From Trichoplax adhaerens (lineage: Eukaryota; Animalia; Placozoa): a stretch of 64,000 bases of DNA. The stretch is from positions 1,846,911 through 1,910,910 of the forward strand of contig NW_002060944.1 of NCBI RefSeq assembly GCF_000150275.1, read 5' to 3'. The position numbers and the translations under genes are program-made. Below, piece by piece: positions 40,291 through 53,100 of this stretch. Numbering within the stretch: the first letter of the stretch is position 1; every line of letters begins with the position of its first letter. Below the pieces are notes generated by a model, which worked only from the letters and a program-made list of their open reading frames with translations, had not been told where the DNA came from and did not search any database.

Positions 40291-41967
40291 ATGGTGCGTA
40301 GTGGTGAACACATATTAACATAGCAATTAGTCAAATATCTTTGCCATCGTAAGAAAGAATTTCGATTAATCACCGTAAAAGATGTAATTAGGACGGTTTC
40401 TACTTGAAATAGCTATTTTTTATATACTCCGTCAAGATACTTAATTCAGCGATAAAGTCAATGAGAGCATTTCTTCATGGATTTTGTGTTATGCTGGAGA
40501 TTAATTTTCATTAAATTTAACTATTCTTTGCCCTTCTCGATCCAGCAAAGTATGCTTGGATCCAGGCTTACTAAATATTGAATTATACGTATTGCACGTC
40601 AATGCATGTACTAAAGGTTTTTTAAATCCGTTTAATTAAAAGATGTGTTCATGAGGCGAAATGTGATGGCTTTTTGCTAGATTTTTTTTATTATTGCTGT
40701 TTCATTTAACTAAGTAAACGATTATCCACCCCTTGATAAAATATTCGATACTGTATGAAGTAGAATATATTCTGTATGCTCACTTATAGTACAGCCTTCC
40801 ATTGCGAATGCGATATTAGGTCATGTTGTACAACTGTGGAACTAAAGCTCTGTATTGTTGAATAGGGTTCGCTAGTGCTTCCTGAGAAATTTCAACATAT
40901 TTTACGTGTCATGGGCACGAACATCGATGGAAGGGTGAAAATAATGTTTGCCCTAACCGCAATTAAGGTTTGCACTTTATGACTTGTTGGAATATGAGGC
41001 TAAACTATTTCTGCTGTATTCATCAAGTTATTCATTCGTTGTAAACTATCTAAATATTGTTACTATACGTTGATTACCATAATTCAAAGTAACAACTTTG
41101 ATTGTGGTTAATACGGATAAAATTTGAAATGGGTCTAATATTAATTCATTTCGAATGCTATCGTAAATTTTACGGTAATCTTCGCTATACACTAGGGCTG
41201 CGGTCGTAGATTTGCCAATATTGTTTGTAAGAAGGCTGGTGTTGATATCGATAAGCGCGCTGGTGAACTAACTGAAGACGAAGTAAGATCTATAAAGATT
41301 AACGTTTTACTTAATTTCGCAGTTAAGAAATAAAATCTGCACGTTAGTCATTATTTTGTTTCGGTCTGATGCTGGTACTGTTTATTAAGGCTATGGTAGC
41401 ATAAACGTGTAATTTTAGTAGGAACATGCAGATAATCTCACAACGTATTATTACTAGCACGGCTACCAACAAAAAATAAAGATAAATCTTAAAATCTGTC
41501 ACTCTTAGTTCTTGTAATCTAGATTCTTTTTAACTACAGATCGACAAAGTTATAACTATTATGCAAAATCCACGCCAATACAAGATTCCAGATTGGTTTT
41601 TGAATAGACAGAAAGATATAAAGGATGGTAAATTTTCTCAGGTAAGATATATAAATTCTGTAATTCTCCTATCCATAAAGTTTTTTTGTCTAATGACATG
41701 ATAACGGTCAGGTCTTGTCGAACAATCTGGAAACTAAACTCCGTGAAGATCTGGAACGCCTGAAAAAAGTAAGAGCGCATCGTGGTATTCGCCATTATTG
41801 GGGGTAAGCTTCGTGATGTGGAAAATAGTACGTAGAGTAATTCAAGATCTGTAAAATAGATTTTAATGATTGGATTTTACAATTTAATTAGCTTAAGGGT
41901 ACGCGGCCAACATACGAAGACTACAGGACGCAAAGGACGCACTGTCGGGGTAGCAAAGAAGAAGTAA
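40291..41967 (+). CDS. RPS18: 40S ribosomal protein S18 (uS13), multi-exon
   Basis: ATG|gtgcgt at 40291, then [70 protein letters not shown]|[24 protein letters not shown]. Confidence 0.98.
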
Positions 41968-42446
41968 TGTAGAGGATGTCTGAGTCTGTAAATTTTAATC
42001 AATAAAAACTGCTTATAGGCAATGCGAAGGTGTTATCTTAATAAATTTAGTCCTTGTTTGGATGTATATTATCTGAATGAATCACTGATACACGAGATCT
42101 CGGGTTGCCGTGAGAACTCTAGGATGGGTACATTGTATAATCATGGGTAGCCTTAACAGGACAGCAGTTTTATGAACTTTGAAAGATTACGCTAAACTCG
42201 ATATGACGCATATTAAGCTAAAATATCAGATTTAAATACTGTACTGTTGGGCTAAACTAGTAACTACTCCTTTATCCCGTACATGCTTTTTAGCAGCAAT
42301 GGCTACTTGTTACACGAACAAAACTTTACTGCTACTATATATGGTCTTTAACTACAATACAGAGGAATTTGGCAAGAGTGCATATTTATCATTTGTAAAA
42401 TTTTATTTGATGCAAAAACATTTTCAACCGCTGAGTTTCGTCCGTC

Positions 42447-45247
42447 TTATTTCATAGCAGCTGCACCTTTCTTAAGAGGACGCTTCGTTTTTGATCTGTG
42501 TTTCCGTAGCTTGAATTTTACATCGAATTTTTCCCTCGCCTATCGTATTTGAGAGAACATAAATACGAGTATTATTTAAATTGGTGGGGTAAAGTGCTGG
42601 TCGTTGAACAATAAATTTTTATATATATACACTCTAAACTTCATTCAATGATAGAGGTACAAAATGATGTTACCGGTTTATCAACCGAGATTTCTTTTTT
42701 CGGCCTAAGAATAGATTTTGGATTAAGGGTTATTAGCTCCGGTTGAATCTGTAAAGGTGGTAAAAGTTGGCAACTTAAAGATTCTCATTAACTATATATT
42801 TATTACTAGACATACAGTACATACTCTAAGGAGAAATTTTATACTGTAAACCAATTACAAAATAACTGTAAGTACAACCTTTTCAAGCAAGAGCTTTACT
42901 TCTGTTTCTTGTCTTTGCTTTCTGGTTTGAAAAGGGTTTGCGGCAAGGGCGTCAAAATTGGGCTCACCAGATCCTGCAGCACAATTACTATTTAAGTAAG
43001 TGTAGCTAAGATGCATTATACGAGTACGTATAATTATAGATAAGGAACACTGCTCAAGAGATCAAGTGTAAGCATTTACAAACCCGGGATAATAAAGCTA
43101 TTGATGCCTTGATTATGTCCTATACCCAATATATCTTCATAAGGACAAAATTTAAGACATTCAATTTCGGTTGACGGTATTGATTCCGACATGAACAGTG
43201 ATTCTTGTTGTCCGATAAAGGCGTCTTTCCTGATCTGGTGATGAAAGTATTTTGCTTATAATCCATGTTGAATAAAACCCATTAAAATTTTCAAGTGCAT
43301 ATTAAATACTTGAATATTCGAACCAAAGCCAGTAGCAAGTAAGTCTCTATCGCTAATAGCCAAAGCAGAAATAGGTTTAGGATTATAAAACACATGTAAA
43401 GCTTTGTAGACACGAAGGTCCCAAATTTTTATTTGCCCATCCAAACCAGACGTAGCCATATATCTATGTATGAATTTCAGGTGTATTTAATGATAACGGT
43501 CATTAGTAACTATATTGTACGAATCATAGCTCAAATGTCGTTAACGAGTTCTAGGGATTATTTATTCTACCTTCCGTTACTATTAACAGCTACGGCGCAA
43601 ATAGGGCTTTTGTGACATAATAATTTTGCGACTGGATCAGACATAGATGGCTTCCAGAGTGTTACTGTTCCTACGTGTAATCAATAGAATACTATTCATA
43701 GCTTGTATTACAGGTTAGCATGATCGATCTTGAAGGTGACAGTCAACGTACGTATACTAAGGTATTTCTTACATGATTTTAGCAAAAGTTCAGCGTTAGT
43801 TACTTTAAATATAGTATAAATTTCATAGACCGGTTAAATGAAACTTGCAAATTTTAATAAAAACCATAAATTTAATACCGTTTTGGTGTCCTAAGTTGAT
43901 TATACCGCTATGAGGATTTTGGCACATACAGCTACAGCTCCCTAGTTTAGTACGATGAGAAGCAACCAGTTTCCCAGTGCTCGTATCTTGATAGGATAAA
44001 GTACCATTTCTGCTCTATAATAAGTTATAATCATCAAAGCGCGCGTTAGCGAACGAATTATAATAAACATACTGTATTGTATAATCCGGAATAATTTTTT
44101 AAAAATTTCTGACGTTTTAAACTTACAATTGATACTAGCAAGAAATGATATGGCAAAAATTCGAGTTTGTGTATGTAGAGAAGACTTTTTAAGCGATGAA
44201 TTTCGAGCCCATTATTATCGTAAATATGTATGTATTTCTTCTGTGCAACAGCGAACATCGTCTCGTTATGTAGCCATCTTTTGATAGCGAAATTGATTTC
44301 AAAAGATAAAGATAAGCAAGATAAAATTAATAGATAAAAAAAATAAGCCTAGCTTTTTGATACCCCTAATCTTTTTCACTAATATTATTTACGATACATA
44401 CTTAATATCTCGTGTTTCTTCTTGCGTATGAAATTCGGTAACTATATTTTTCGTATACCAGTCTAATATCGCTTGATGACCTTTTCTACCTCCTAGTAAT
44501 AAAAATCTGACCATAGCAGATAGATTTATACATTATTAAAAGAGAAAGAACCGTATTATTGTTATAGGACCTCCAGTGACACTTTTCATTTAATCTACAG
44601 TTAATCATCCTGGTGTCTATGGGGCGTTATAAGCGTGCATATGCAACCATACAACGTAACTGTAAATTTAATATCATAATAATTTCACACCTTACCTTCC
44701 ATTCCTATCGTATTCCAAACGATATGGGCCATGGCTTAATTGAAGAGAAAAACTCTAGAGTTAAAAGTAGGAAAGAATACAGTAAACTACGAAATTAGTA
44801 TTTACGGTCATGAAGTAGAAATACAAGTTATTGAGCTCAGCAGAATCTCTACCTTTGCTCGATTAGCCACATCAATTTCCCGAACGATTCTGGATTGCTT
44901 AAATTTGCAGGTCTCCCTAGGACCTTTAGCTTCTAAATAACTGGTAATAAAAATTATACGTACTTTCACGTATGTGTAAAGGATTACAGCAAGCGAATAA
45001 TTACCGTACAATAAAATTCCTTGTTCTAAGGATTCTACCATGCAATTTACTGCAACGTTTGTAACTATTTACGTACGCCCATTTAAGTCGACTACATTCT
45101 GTAACTTTGGAAGAGTACGTTATTCTATGGTTTACGAATACGTATTTAATTATACCCTGCTTCTTCCGATAGTAATAGATCGAGCTTTGTCTCGGACTTC
45201 CGTCCATTTTCACAATCGCTATTGATGGAATTTCTTGGCTGATACAT
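42447..45247 (-). CDS. WDR46: WD repeat protein 46 (UTP7/BING4), SSU processome
   Basis: LLLSEEAG|[73 protein letters not shown]|[31 protein letters not shown]|[11 protein letters not shown] 45247 is preceded by an in-frame stop. Confidence 0.93.
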
Positions 45248-45494
45248 ATGCTCTTAACTGGGTTTGTTAACCTGAAGTATGTGTATTCAAAAACAAAAAC
45301 AATTATGGGGCAAGTGATCATCTTAATCTTAAGTGTACTACTAATAACACTTCACTGTTGCGACTTACTATACGACTCGTATGTTAACTACATGGCAATG
45401 GTTGTAATATGTAAAGTAAAATTAAAATTTTTAATTTTAATTTACCGATTTTTATTTTAGGACTTGATAATTTTATCCTTAGAAGATGGCTTCA

Positions 45495-45765
45495 GGTACT
45501 GTATGTACAGTACAGTACTGTATATAGAATTTGATTCGATTTACTGTACAATAGAACACAGTACAGTACCAACTTTATGGTACAGTACTGTACATAATCA
45601 ACGATAGGATTGTACAGTACAGTACAGTACAGTACTGTACTGTATGGAGCACTGCTTTGTACAGTACTGTACTTACAGTACTGTACACTAATAAATAAAT
45701 AAAAAATACTATACAGTAATCGACCAATTTCCTCGCTCAACTTACTGTATGCTGTACAGTACTTC
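45495..45765. repeat. CAGTA/TACTG array in the WDR46/SPCS2 divergent promoter
   Basis: tgtacagtacagtacagtacagtactgtactgta and related units. Confidence 0.9.
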
Positions 45766-45832
45766 GCGTACTATCTTTAATTTTTCACAGTCAATAAAAT
45801 CTTGCAGTTCTCTCAACTCTGTTGTATTCACC

Positions 45833-47527
45833 ATGGCTCCCGCACAGGTTCTATGCAATTTGCGATCTGCTGTTGTAAAGTGTTGTATTTAGTCAAACGA
45901 TGCAATTTCTGAATTATTCTTTGTCAACGCTGCTGAGAGCTAATCAGAGTCAAACTTCTTTCTTATAGTAGTCCCTGATCTAATTCTATTCTTTTGACTA
46001 TATTGTATCTTCTATACATTTCTAGGAGGATTCATCGAAGATCGTAAAGACTAACAAGTGGAATCAATCCAGAGTTAAAACTTCTATTGACGATGCTATA
46101 CGAACGGTAAATGTGCAGAGTGACTTGTTTTTAACTCCTGATCTCGCTTGTGTGGTATCAGTTCACCTTCTGCATCGTAGTGTTCTTCATCCATTCCCGA
46201 ATGTAACTATACTACTGTACTCTATACTGTACTATTGGAGAATTTAATCAAAATAGTTAATACATTAATAGTCTTATCACGCTTTGCATACAATAATTAT
46301 ACAATTATGCATGCATGGTATCAACTAGGCATAACTGAGTTACGACCGTCTCTCTTTCTAACTACCGCACACTTTGCTGACGTCGGGAGGACACTTTCAG
46401 CCAAGCACAGTATATGCGCGTATATGAAAATGAGTATAAGTTAACAAGATGATTGTGTCTGATGTAACTACAGTAAAAGGCAATAATTTATATCATTCAC
46501 TATGAAGCTTGTACGGTAAACATTGCGTATAAATGTAACTATTGAACTAGTTAGTTATTTACTGCCTGTAACAAATATTCTGATAATACGAGCCGTATTT
46601 CATCATTAGGTGTGTGATTCTTGGAATTATCTGGTCATACCTGACCACACTATTGCGTCATATTATTTCAGGTGGTTATAGACCGTATGGGATTACAAGA
46701 AAATTACAAGTTTTTGGATATACGTTTATATATTTGCTTAATGGCATGTGTTATCGCTGGTATTGCTACTTCTTACGATTACTTGAATCCTTTCCCTAAA
46801 TCGAAAATGGTTCTTATTGTATGCTGTTTACTGTATCTTGATTCTTGATGCCACGGCTGCTAAATCTAGCAGACTGTAATGCTACTGATGACAGTCATGA
46901 TTCGAATTTAAATCTGGTTAAGCATTTTATAATATGCAGTGATAAAGCTGTTGCGATAGAATAACCCATAGATATACGTGCTACACTTAAGATGATAATT
47001 AATTACGATGAGTATTAGAACTTTTTCTTTAATTGCCATCTCGAAGCTATTTCGTCTGTGTATCTATCCTGACGTGGTTTATGACATATGTAGAAAAACA
47101 AGTTTTCCTTAATGCCATTGGTAAAGATGCTGCTGGCATTGTAAGCTAATCGAAACTTAGAATCTCTTACCTTATTCTGACGTCAGAAAGCTGATATAAA
47201 CAATTTTATATTATTTGTATTCACAGGATCCTGACAGTTACTGGCAGTTCAGTTCCAGCATGGAAAAAAACGACAAAAATTATAAACTTACAATAATACT
47301 GTATAATGGGAAAAACAATTGTAATATTGAAAGCTCGCTGATCAAGTAAATATAGCCTGTATAGACATCTTTCAAGTCTTGTTACTACACTAAGGCCAAA
47401 ATTTTTACAAAATCTTAGATCTGTCGAAGATTGGATTGACGAAAATGACTTCGTCTTAATAGATGAAATTGAAAAGGTAATAAAGAGAAACATGGATAAG
47501 TCCATGGCACCATCTAAGAAGGACTAA
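45833..47527 (+). CDS. SPCS2: Signal peptidase complex subunit 2 (SPC25)
   Basis: MAPAQ|EDSSKIVKTNKWNQSRVKTSIDDAIRT|VVIDRMGLQENYKFLDIRLYICLMAC..YDYLNPFPKSKMVLIVCCLL|YFV..EKQVFL..|DPDSYWQFSSSM..Y..|SVEDWIDENDFV..KKD*. Not present in the ORF track because the exons are short. Confidence 0.9.
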
Positions 47528-48772
47528 GCATTAGTGTTAATTAAACTGACTAGTATAAGTAATTTCGATGAAAGCTGTAGTCCGCAGCTTCCTATGGCTT
47601 GACTATTTTGGAATTGAATGAGACTACATACGTGTAAGAATATATTGAATTATAATACTATATCAGCGCTTGAAAATTGTGCCAAGAATTTTATTGCTTT
47701 CGGGAGGTATAAATAAAGTTATGATTTGAATATTCAATACTTTCGGTTAAATATTTTGTGAAAGTTCTTATAGAAACTATCCAGAGTAAACGATGTATTG
47801 AAAATTATTGTTTTATGAACTTTTAATTAGAGAGCTATAGAATGATTTACAACAATTCTCTAGTTACGATTGCATGGTAATTAATTGTTGAAATATTAGC
47901 TAGTATGACATAATTGAGTATGTTATAGTGTAAAAGGCAATTAGGTTAGAAGCCAAATATAACGGGAACTTTTAATTTGTAGGCTTTTGTTGCGAAGAAG
48001 CCGACATAGGGGATCTGTATAAGATTTTTGTAAAGTCTTCTTTAACTTTATCAAAAATTTTAAACTCTCTCCAGCGCGACATTGTACATTCCTGTAACCT
48101 TACTGTACTTTTAATTGCACTCTAAAATTATTTAGAAATCGCAATGAATTACTGATACTCTCATTACAGGGCTTCATTGTTTTAAGGTCTTATAAATCAA
48201 TTCTAACTGAAGGTGGAGATCATTAGATCAGTTGAGCACACGCAAGTAGTCCCAATTTCAATTTTTAAACGTTGCCTTAATCTAAGTACGATCATATAAT
48301 AATGATTATAGTTAATTACAAGTATGAATCATCGTTACATATGAAACTTACATAACACATTATAGCGTGCCTATAACAGCAGATTTATTTGTACTACTCG
48401 CTTTATGAGGTAATCAGCGGGCTACCTTGTTAAGTAAGGTGTACTAAAAGAATTAATATACAAATATTTCATAGAGCAGTGCCCAATAGTATACAACTAG
48501 GCAATGTATCCGACTTTACACGCGTTTTGACAGATTAACGATCACTACGTAACTGTTGAATAAAGGTAGCCTTATCTTCGTTGTTGCATTCTATTGTCGC
48601 TAACAAGCACGCAATGTATCCACATCTATCTTTTTGGGCAGTTTTTATATTATATAGTGCGTAAGTTAATTGAAGTTAAGATTAGCTTATTTATACAGTA
48701 CATTGAAGGTAAAGATATACTAAGAAAAATAAAAATACAGAGCTGATTTTAAAATATACGCTGTAAGAAACC

Positions 48773-51700
48773 TTAGTAACTGCTAAAATGGTCTATCGAT
48801 ACATCTATTGATGACGATCGAATTGATGACGGTGGTACAGTAGGATCTTTAACAGAGTGTATTGCATACCGTTTATGCTGATTAGCAAAATTAACACCGT
48901 TATCGAATGAAACGATCACGGTGGTAGGATTTCTATGAGTAGTTAGGGTTTCAGATTTTCCTAATGTAAACTTTTGGCTTCTGACTTTCGCTTTATTTTG
49001 GATACTACATTCTTTATTGGGATTTTTGGTGGTGTCATTTAGTCGAATGTATATTTTCCTTCCGTTCTGCTTATGTAGCTGTGATTTCTTCCATTGTAAA
49101 CTGTTCTCTGGAGGAACGAGACAGCCCTGTAGCGCCGATAAAGAAACACTATGTGGCATTTTTTTGCTGTGATCATTTCCGGTTAAACCTCTAAAATTTC
49201 AGTAGAAAAGTGAAGCCTTAGGTACATCTAGCTGATAATCCAGTCATTAATTATAAGCTCATTATGACCGTATACTAGGCTTTCCAAATACTGAAACAAC
49301 TAATATAATAGCAATAGCTGGGTAGCGAATACAGTAATATCCAAGGGTAAATATGTAAAACCAACGACGATGTGTGCTAACTTAGCTAAGAAATAAACTC
49401 ACGATTTCAGATAGTTCATTTGTGTACTATTTTTTTGTTCGATTTGTTGGGATTGATTAAATTTGTGATCGATTTTCGGTCCTATAATAGGCTAAAAACA
49501 GAAATACACATATTAAACACTATATGTAATAAATTTCAAATCCAAAGAAAACGCCAGCGAATAGTAATAGCTTTTGTTACAATTCATTGGGAGGCCAACG
49601 TTAACAGACTATAAGAACTAGCAAATTACAGAAATATCTCGCTTTATATACAACTGGCAAAATATCATGTACCATCTTACAAGTTACTATAGTTTCTAAT
49701 TAATACAGTAGAAGCTTTTACTAATGCTGTTATTCCATCTATTACCGTCTATCTTATCAAATGCAGCGTAAATAACAACTGATTACATCGTTTACATACT
49801 TTTAGTTGACAACACTAATGTAATCATTATGATAGGTATGATATCTCTACTAATATAGGTTCTCCTATACTAACGTCAATAGTTATTTTGGTTAGTTAAT
49901 CTCGCTAACGTTACACAATAACAATATACGTAGTATATAAGAAATTATATAGTGATAGTTTTAGTTCACTTATGGACATAAATTTAGTTGTCTCCTTACT
50001 TACCAGAAATTTCTGCGAAGGACGAAGATTTAGTGGTAGAATGTCATTTGTTAAGTCTTTTGGTATAACCTTATCATTACAACTAGCCAAGCAAGAGGAT
50101 TGTATGATATCAGAACTTAGATATTGTGCTCATGTCATTTCAAAACAAAAATCTTATAATAATTCGACATTTTAGAACAACATAAACTTACTTATTGAGG
50201 GACAACTATAAGAAAATGAAGATGAGAAATATTAGTTTTAGTATTAGAGGTTGTGTCGGATTATTCTATTAAATTTTTGTTATTGTTAACGGATAGAATC
50301 TGTTACTTAAACTTTACAGACATGAAAATAGAAGCGAACAACACCTTTACTGCAGGTTGTTTAATCTTTGAAGGGCACCAAACAAAATACGGATAGTTTA
50401 AATCTTTATTAATGTCGTAAGAGTTGCTTTCAACATGATTGAGGTGAATCGCTGCTATTCTTTTCAGGGTTGACCTTTTGGATTGCTTACCTTCATGGCT
50501 ATCTGTTATTTCCGCTCTATTTCTATGATACGGTATGCTGGCAGGGGAAACTGCTGGTGCTAGTTCATAACTACCTCTAAAATTGTCAAATGATCCTGTT
50601 AGTATAGCAGAAACAACTGAGTAGTATTACATATTAAATTTCTTAAAATTAATTAATCCTCTCTAGAAAACTCTTGATATCTAAACTATCGTGAATAACG
50701 TTATTAAAATCTATATATATGTAATTAATTTGTAGTTATGTACTATCAGAGGTATAACTAATTGGAGATATATTCGTATATACGCGTATATTTATGCATA
50801 ATTAAAACGTAATGCTACCGCCATATATTAAGATATAGGACAGTAACCTAGCATGGTATAATGCAGACTAAAATATATATTTCGAGATTACGTGTATAAG
50901 GTGCATATTCTTTATACTAACAGCAATGAGTTGGGTAGGATTCTAACGTTTAACTAGTTCAAGGAAGTAGTGCCTATACATAACATAATCCATAATGGCA
51001 GTATTTGTAATTTAAGAACAGTAAAAAGTTTGATTCACAGATTTTATGCAGATCAGCTCTTAACATTACTAGTAGTATAAGACTTCCTATTTGATATTCT
51101 GATATTATTGCACGCCATATATCTACTAATTTAACGGCCTCCTAATTCTAATGAAGCGATTTGTAATCCTCCATCCAGCATATAATATACCGACATCATG
51201 ATATCAGCAGGGTTGAAGATATGCAGATTAGGTCACATATTTGTAGAAATGTAAGAACCAATAGCTGTAACGGTTATAGGTGATAAGGTAACATAAAGGG
51301 AACAGTTACGTCTATAAAACTATTATTATTGAGGCCGCATGAGACGACATTTTATGAATATAGTATTGCAAAATATTACAAAATTATTCGTAAAATTCCT
51401 GAACTTAGGTTTCAAAATCAGCAAACCTTATATATTTATATATATACATTTACACTTGGAAATTAGTTCTATAGCAAAGAGTGAAGTAATTTATAAAGTG
51501 TACAATGTAACGTATGTATGGCTCTTGCAATAGATCTTATACACTGGTTGCATAATTTATTTTAGTCGCATTGCTAAAGTATAGACCTAATCTAATATAA
51601 GCTACTAGAATGTATTGCGTATAAATATATTAGATACGAAATAATACGGGGAACGGACGCTATGTCAAGTACGCTATATTCGTGATAATCACGACATAGT

Positions 51701-52406
51701 AATGTTCATTGGTAATCATATTCTATGAATATTAGAGTAAGTCAAAGAAAGTTGTAGTAATGGCGTAATACGATTGCACAAATCAATTAATTAAGTTGTA
51801 GTAATGGCTTTATCAATAAGATATTATGATGGCTTGCCCTATTATTGGAAGAGAACTCTGGCGATAACTTCGACCAATAATTGAGTGAAATTCTTGATCG
51901 TCTTCATCTAAAATTGTTGCGATTTTAAGTGTTGGAAGACCTATAATATAATAGCGACAGAAAATTTCTGAAGGTATTACAGTTATTATTGTCTCCTAAT
52001 CATACAGAGTATTACAGCGGTTATTTTATCTGTCTTCATGAAGCTCTAGGAACGAAGTAGTAAGTATAACACAGTTACAAGATTGGCATTTAAAATAAAT
52101 GTGTTTACTTTTTCGTTTTTTATTATACTTGGAGTATTCACGTTATAATTTATCAATTTTGTAAGAACACACTCTATTGTGAGCAAATATGTATGCCATG
52201 AGTCGGTATCCAGGAATACTGGGTACCTTAAGTACTTTTGTAAAACCAATGTAATCATAAATTTTAAACTTTATGCTTTAAATTTTTCTCGTTAGACAAT
52301 AAATTGTGTTATTATTTTATCAAAACTTTATAATAATAGAGTGGTACTAAAATTTATGATTATAGTTTAGCATAATACCTTCCTTAATATTGGTTATCTC
52401 TTCCAT
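48773..52406 (-). CDS. Spliced orphan protein, divergent from tectonic
   Basis: Phase-compatible exons MEEITNIKE|GLPTLKIATILDEDDQEFHSIIGRSYRQSSLPIIG|(GC-AG intron)GSYELAPAVSP..YFVWCPSKIKQPAVK|VIPKDLTNDILPLNLRPSQKFL, plus terminal ORF 48773-49190. The junction to the last exon is unresolved and no family is recognised. Confidence 0.5.
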
Positions 52407-52865
52407 GATTAAATTTAAAATTTTTTAACTTCAGTTGGTAATAACTCGTGCAGTACCGTACCAACCGGATAATTAGATCTGTACAATTTATTATAATGTA
52501 ATTTAATACAATCGCGTAGAGAAAATACGTTTGATAGTGACGGGACAGTGGATGCTCTGGCTTAGCTTACAACATTAGCTTTTCATCTTCGTTTGAGAAG
52601 GTGGCTTGTAGATGATTTTTGTAGAAATATTAAAGTCTGTACGCTCATGGTGAATACTGATAACTGAATAACTATCAACTTTATCGTATTCGTATGTGTA
52701 ATAATGATATTACCAGCCCAAAAATAATAATGTTACGGTGATTCACTGTTGATAATAACAATAATTATATCATTATTAATCTAGTCGAAAGTTCAAAATC
52801 GCGTCGTAACAACACTGGACACCGAGCCACATCACTACTACCGTAGTGCTGCGTAATGATGTTGT

Positions 52866-52879
52866 GTATCCATGGATAC
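52866..52879. promoter_or_regulatory. Palindromic RFX X-box-like element
   Basis: GTATCCATGGATAC, a perfect 14-bp palindrome ~220 bp upstream of the tectonic ATG. A weaker X-box-like GTTGTTACGACGC lies on the minus strand at 52801-52813. Confidence 0.65.
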
Positions 52880-52884
52880 GAGCT

Positions 52885-52970
52885 ACCCCACACAGTACAT
52901 ACTGTACTGTATTTTATTGTAAGGCCACGCATGTACTGTACTAGTATGTACATACTGTACAGTACAGTAT
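52885..52970. repeat. CAGTA/TACTG array upstream of tectonic
   Basis: acagtacatactgtactgta...tgtactgtactagtatgtacatactgtacagtacagta. Confidence 0.8.
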
Positions 52971-53100
52971 ATTTATGATTTTACTCCTAACTTTGTGTTC
53001 TGTAAGTCTGCGAGAGTTCAAAACTACGGCATGAGAAATTGATCTAGATATTTTTTTAGCCATTAAAAAATTCAGACAGCGTATAACATTGATAAAACAA

